Notes under the pieces: generated by a model
The model's database searches: none
Told to the model about the DNA's origin: nothing
The model's input: only the letters and a program-made list of their open reading frames with translations
Source of the DNA: Synechocystis sp. PCC 6803 substr. PCC-P
Lineage (GTDB): Bacteria > Cyanobacteriota > Cyanobacteriia > Cyanobacteriales > Microcystaceae
Length of the DNA stretch: 32,000 nt
Assembly: GCF_000284455.1 (NCBI RefSeq)
Contig: NC_017039.1
Location: 1 to 32,000, forward strand
Reading direction: 5' to 3'
Translations under genes and position numbers: made by a program
Shown: in pieces, positions 29,968 through 32,000 of the stretch
Layout: every line of letters starts with the position of its first letter
Numbering within the stretch: position 1 is the first letter of the stretch

Positions 29968-32000
29968 CTAGAATGTTACGCCAATTTTTCCTACTACCGT
30001 AAAGGGAGCCCCGGGATAAACACTCAGGTCAAAATCATTTGATTCGGCCAAATACTGGGTATTAAACAAATTTTCGATGTTTAATTGTAATTCCCAATTT
30101 TCCCGACGATAAAAAATGGCAGCATCGGTGCGGAAATAGCTGGGTAACACAAAGGTGTTGTCCAAGTCCCCCTCCCGTTGATCAACATAAAATAGTCCTA
30201 AACCAAAGCCCAAGCCTTGTAAATTTCCCGATTGAATTTCATAGGTTGTCCAGAGGCTAAACTGGTTGCTAGGAACATTAGATAAAGTGTTGTCTACGAT
30301 ATCGGTATTATCTTGGCTTACAAAAGCATCAAGGTAACTATAACCGGTGACAATATTCCAACCAGGCAAAATTTCTCCACCCAGGTAAAGCTCCACCCCT
30401 CGGCTAGTTTGTTCCCCTGTTTGAATGGTAAATAATAGATTGGCAGGATCAATGGTAGGAACATTTTGTTTCCTAATATCAAATGCCGAGAAAGTCACAC
30501 TTAACTTGTCGGTAATGTCTGCCTTAACTCCCACTTCAAACTGGCGACCGGTCTGGGGATCAAAGGTAGAACCATCGGCGTTGAGGGAGGCGGCAAAAGA
30601 AGGATTAAAAGAGGTGGTGTAAGAGCCATAAAGGGAAACCGTGGGAATTGGTTGATAGATAATACCAACCCGGGGTGTTAATTGGTTATCGGTTTGGTTA
30701 AATTCTTCCCTTGGATCTGTAATAGACTGGGTCGACCGATTTTGGGTAGCGGAATCGTAACGGAGTCCCACCAATAGCTTCAGGTTGTCAAATAAATCCA
30801 TTTGATCCTGTAGATAAACCGCAAAGCGATTGACTTGATCATCACGGAAAAATTCTGGCGCGATGGGGAAAGGGGTATTGGTGTAAACCGGGTTGAAAAC
30901 ATTAATGGGAGCAAAGGTGTTGCTGAATTGAAATTCTGGAGTCTCTGTATCGTTACGATACTCCAATCCAAATAACACCCGATGTTTAACCGGCCCAGTG
31001 TAGAATTCTCCTATCAATTCTGCATTGGTGAAAAAACGCTGATAATTTCCTCCCCCATAATATTCAAATCGATTTAATTCCCCAGTATCTTCGTCAAAAA
31101 AGTCAAAGAGGGGCGCATAGCGGACGGGGGCGTAGGCCAAGTATTGCATGGCATGGCGTAGCTTCAGATTTTCGTTAAAATCGTGGTTGAAGGTGTAGCC
31201 AATTAGGTATTGATCTTGCTCAAATTTACTAAATCGCTCTCCTAAAAATCGATTCGATGGCAAGTCTGCGATATTTGGTGCTGGGATGCCTTCATCTAAG
31301 GTTTCCCGATTGGTTGTGTATTGTCCATAGATATTCAACTTCGTGTCTGGACCAATATTCCAAGTTAAAGTTGGTGATACAACCCAGAGATCACCGTAGA
31401 CGAAATCTCGAAAACTGCCGGAGGTTTCATAGGAAACATTGAGACGATAATTAACTGTATCAATGGCTTCCGGTAGGAGGGGACCGGATAAATCCACATC
31501 TAAACGATAGTCATTATAATTACCAAGGGACACAGCCGCATTGTAATAGGGTTCATCCAAAGGTTTTTTGGAAATTAGGTTGATTGATCCCCCGGGTTCT
31601 CCAGCACCAAACACAATGGAAGAGGGGCCTTTGAGCACTTCTATTTGTTCGATGTCTGTGGTATTTAAGGGGGCTAAGGATTGATAGGGAATGCCATCAC
31701 GAAAAATACTGTTATTGACGGGAAATCCACGGATTAGAAAGCCGGGGCCAAAAACACTAGTTCCCCTGCCCCCGGCGGGGCTAACCCCTGGCACTGTTTG
31801 GAGGGCTGGTCCCAATTCGGTTACGTTTCGGTCTTGTAAGACCTGTTGGGGCACAACTTGAATGGACTGGGGGATATCGAGTAAAGGGGTATCTAATCCT
31901 GTGGCGGTGGAAGCACTGGGCACAAAGTAGCTAGCTTCCCCCTGCCCTTCTTGGGTGGCTACCACTTCAATTTCTGATTCTGGATTCTCAGGGGCGATCG
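29968..32000 (-). CDS. fhuA: TonB-dependent siderophore receptor (sll1406-like), N-terminus truncated by window edge
   Basis: Open frame continues past the track's GTG start (31965) to the edge as ...IAPENPESEIEVVATQEGQG, a TonB-box-like segment. Plug motif IEQIEVLKGPSSIVFGAGEPGGSINLISKKP, C-terminus FTVVGKIGVTF. Confidence 0.92.
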   Translation of the reverse strand, partial: IAPENPESEIEVVATQEGQGEASYFVPSASTATGLDTPLLDIPQSIQVVPQQVLQDRNVTELGPALQTVPGVSPAGGRGTSVFGPGFLIRGFPVNNSIFRDGIPYQSLAPLNTTDIEQIEVLKGPSSIVFGAGEPGGSINLISKKPLDEPYYNAAVSLGNYNDYRLDVDLSGPLLPEAIDTVNYRLNVSYETSGSFRDFVYGDLWVVSPTLTWNIGPDTKLNIYGQYTTNRETLDEGIPAPNIADLPSNRFLGERFSKFEQDQYLIGYTFNHDFNENLKLRHAMQYLAYAPVRYAPLFDFFDEDTGELNRFEYYGGGNYQRFFTNAELIGEFYTGPVKHRVLFGLEYRNDTETPEFQFSNTFAPINVFNPVYTNTPFPIAPEFFRDDQVNRFAVYLQDQMDLFDNLKLLVGLRYDSATQNRSTQSITDPREEFNQTDNQLTPRVGIIYQPIPTVSLYGSYTTSFNPSFAASLNADGSTFDPQTGRQFEVGVKADITDKLSVTFSAFDIRKQNVPTIDPANLLFTIQTGEQTSRGVELYLGGEILPGWNIVTGYSYLDAFVSQDNTDIVDNTLSNVPSNQFSLWTTYEIQSGNLQGLGFGLGLFYVDQREGDLDNTFVLPSYFRTDAAIFYRRENWELQLNIENLFNTQYLAESNDFDLSVYPGAPFTVVGKIGVTF

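Overview
The window is cyanobacterial chromosome. Protein content and gene order match my memory of Synechocystis sp. PCC 6803 (psbA2, the sll1214 AcsF region, and the slr1316-1319 / sll1202-1206 / sll1406-1409 iron loci). Locus names are recalled and were not searched. The first half (about 1-13 kb) is mostly core metabolism: a 5'-truncated long-chain prenyl diphosphate synthase, a pseudouridine synthase, a small membrane protein, gun4, aerobic Mg-protoporphyrin monomethylester cyclase (acsF/sll1214), GDP-fucose synthase and GDP-mannose dehydratase, psbA2 with promoter and terminator, arginine decarboxylase, NAD-dependent DNA ligase and a Uma2-family protein. The second half (13.5-32 kb) is a dense iron/siderophore island with no siderophore synthesis genes. 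It has one FecCD-type permease pair plus ATPase, two periplasmic binding proteins, three TonB-dependent receptors, two paralogous PchR-type AraC regulators, one MFS transporter, one Suc_Fer-like (sucrase/ferredoxin-like) candidate iron-sulfur protein and one SAM methyltransferase. Main leads: (1) a tandem CGGAC/CGGTC motif with 20-21 bp periodicity upstream of two of the receptors, a candidate AraC-regulator operator; (2) an AT-rich, HIP1-depleted stretch suggesting horizontal origin; (3) a Suc_Fer-like protein coupled by ATG overlap to a siderophore-binding lipoprotein, a candidate iron-release reductase; (4) a 24-aa ORF with a good Shine-Dalgarno containing an inverted repeat just before the fecE-type ATPase; (5) competing hairpins in the leader of the second binding protein. 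No CRISPR, rRNA, tRNA or transposase was recognised. These are hypotheses, and most component genes are already annotated in the public genome.
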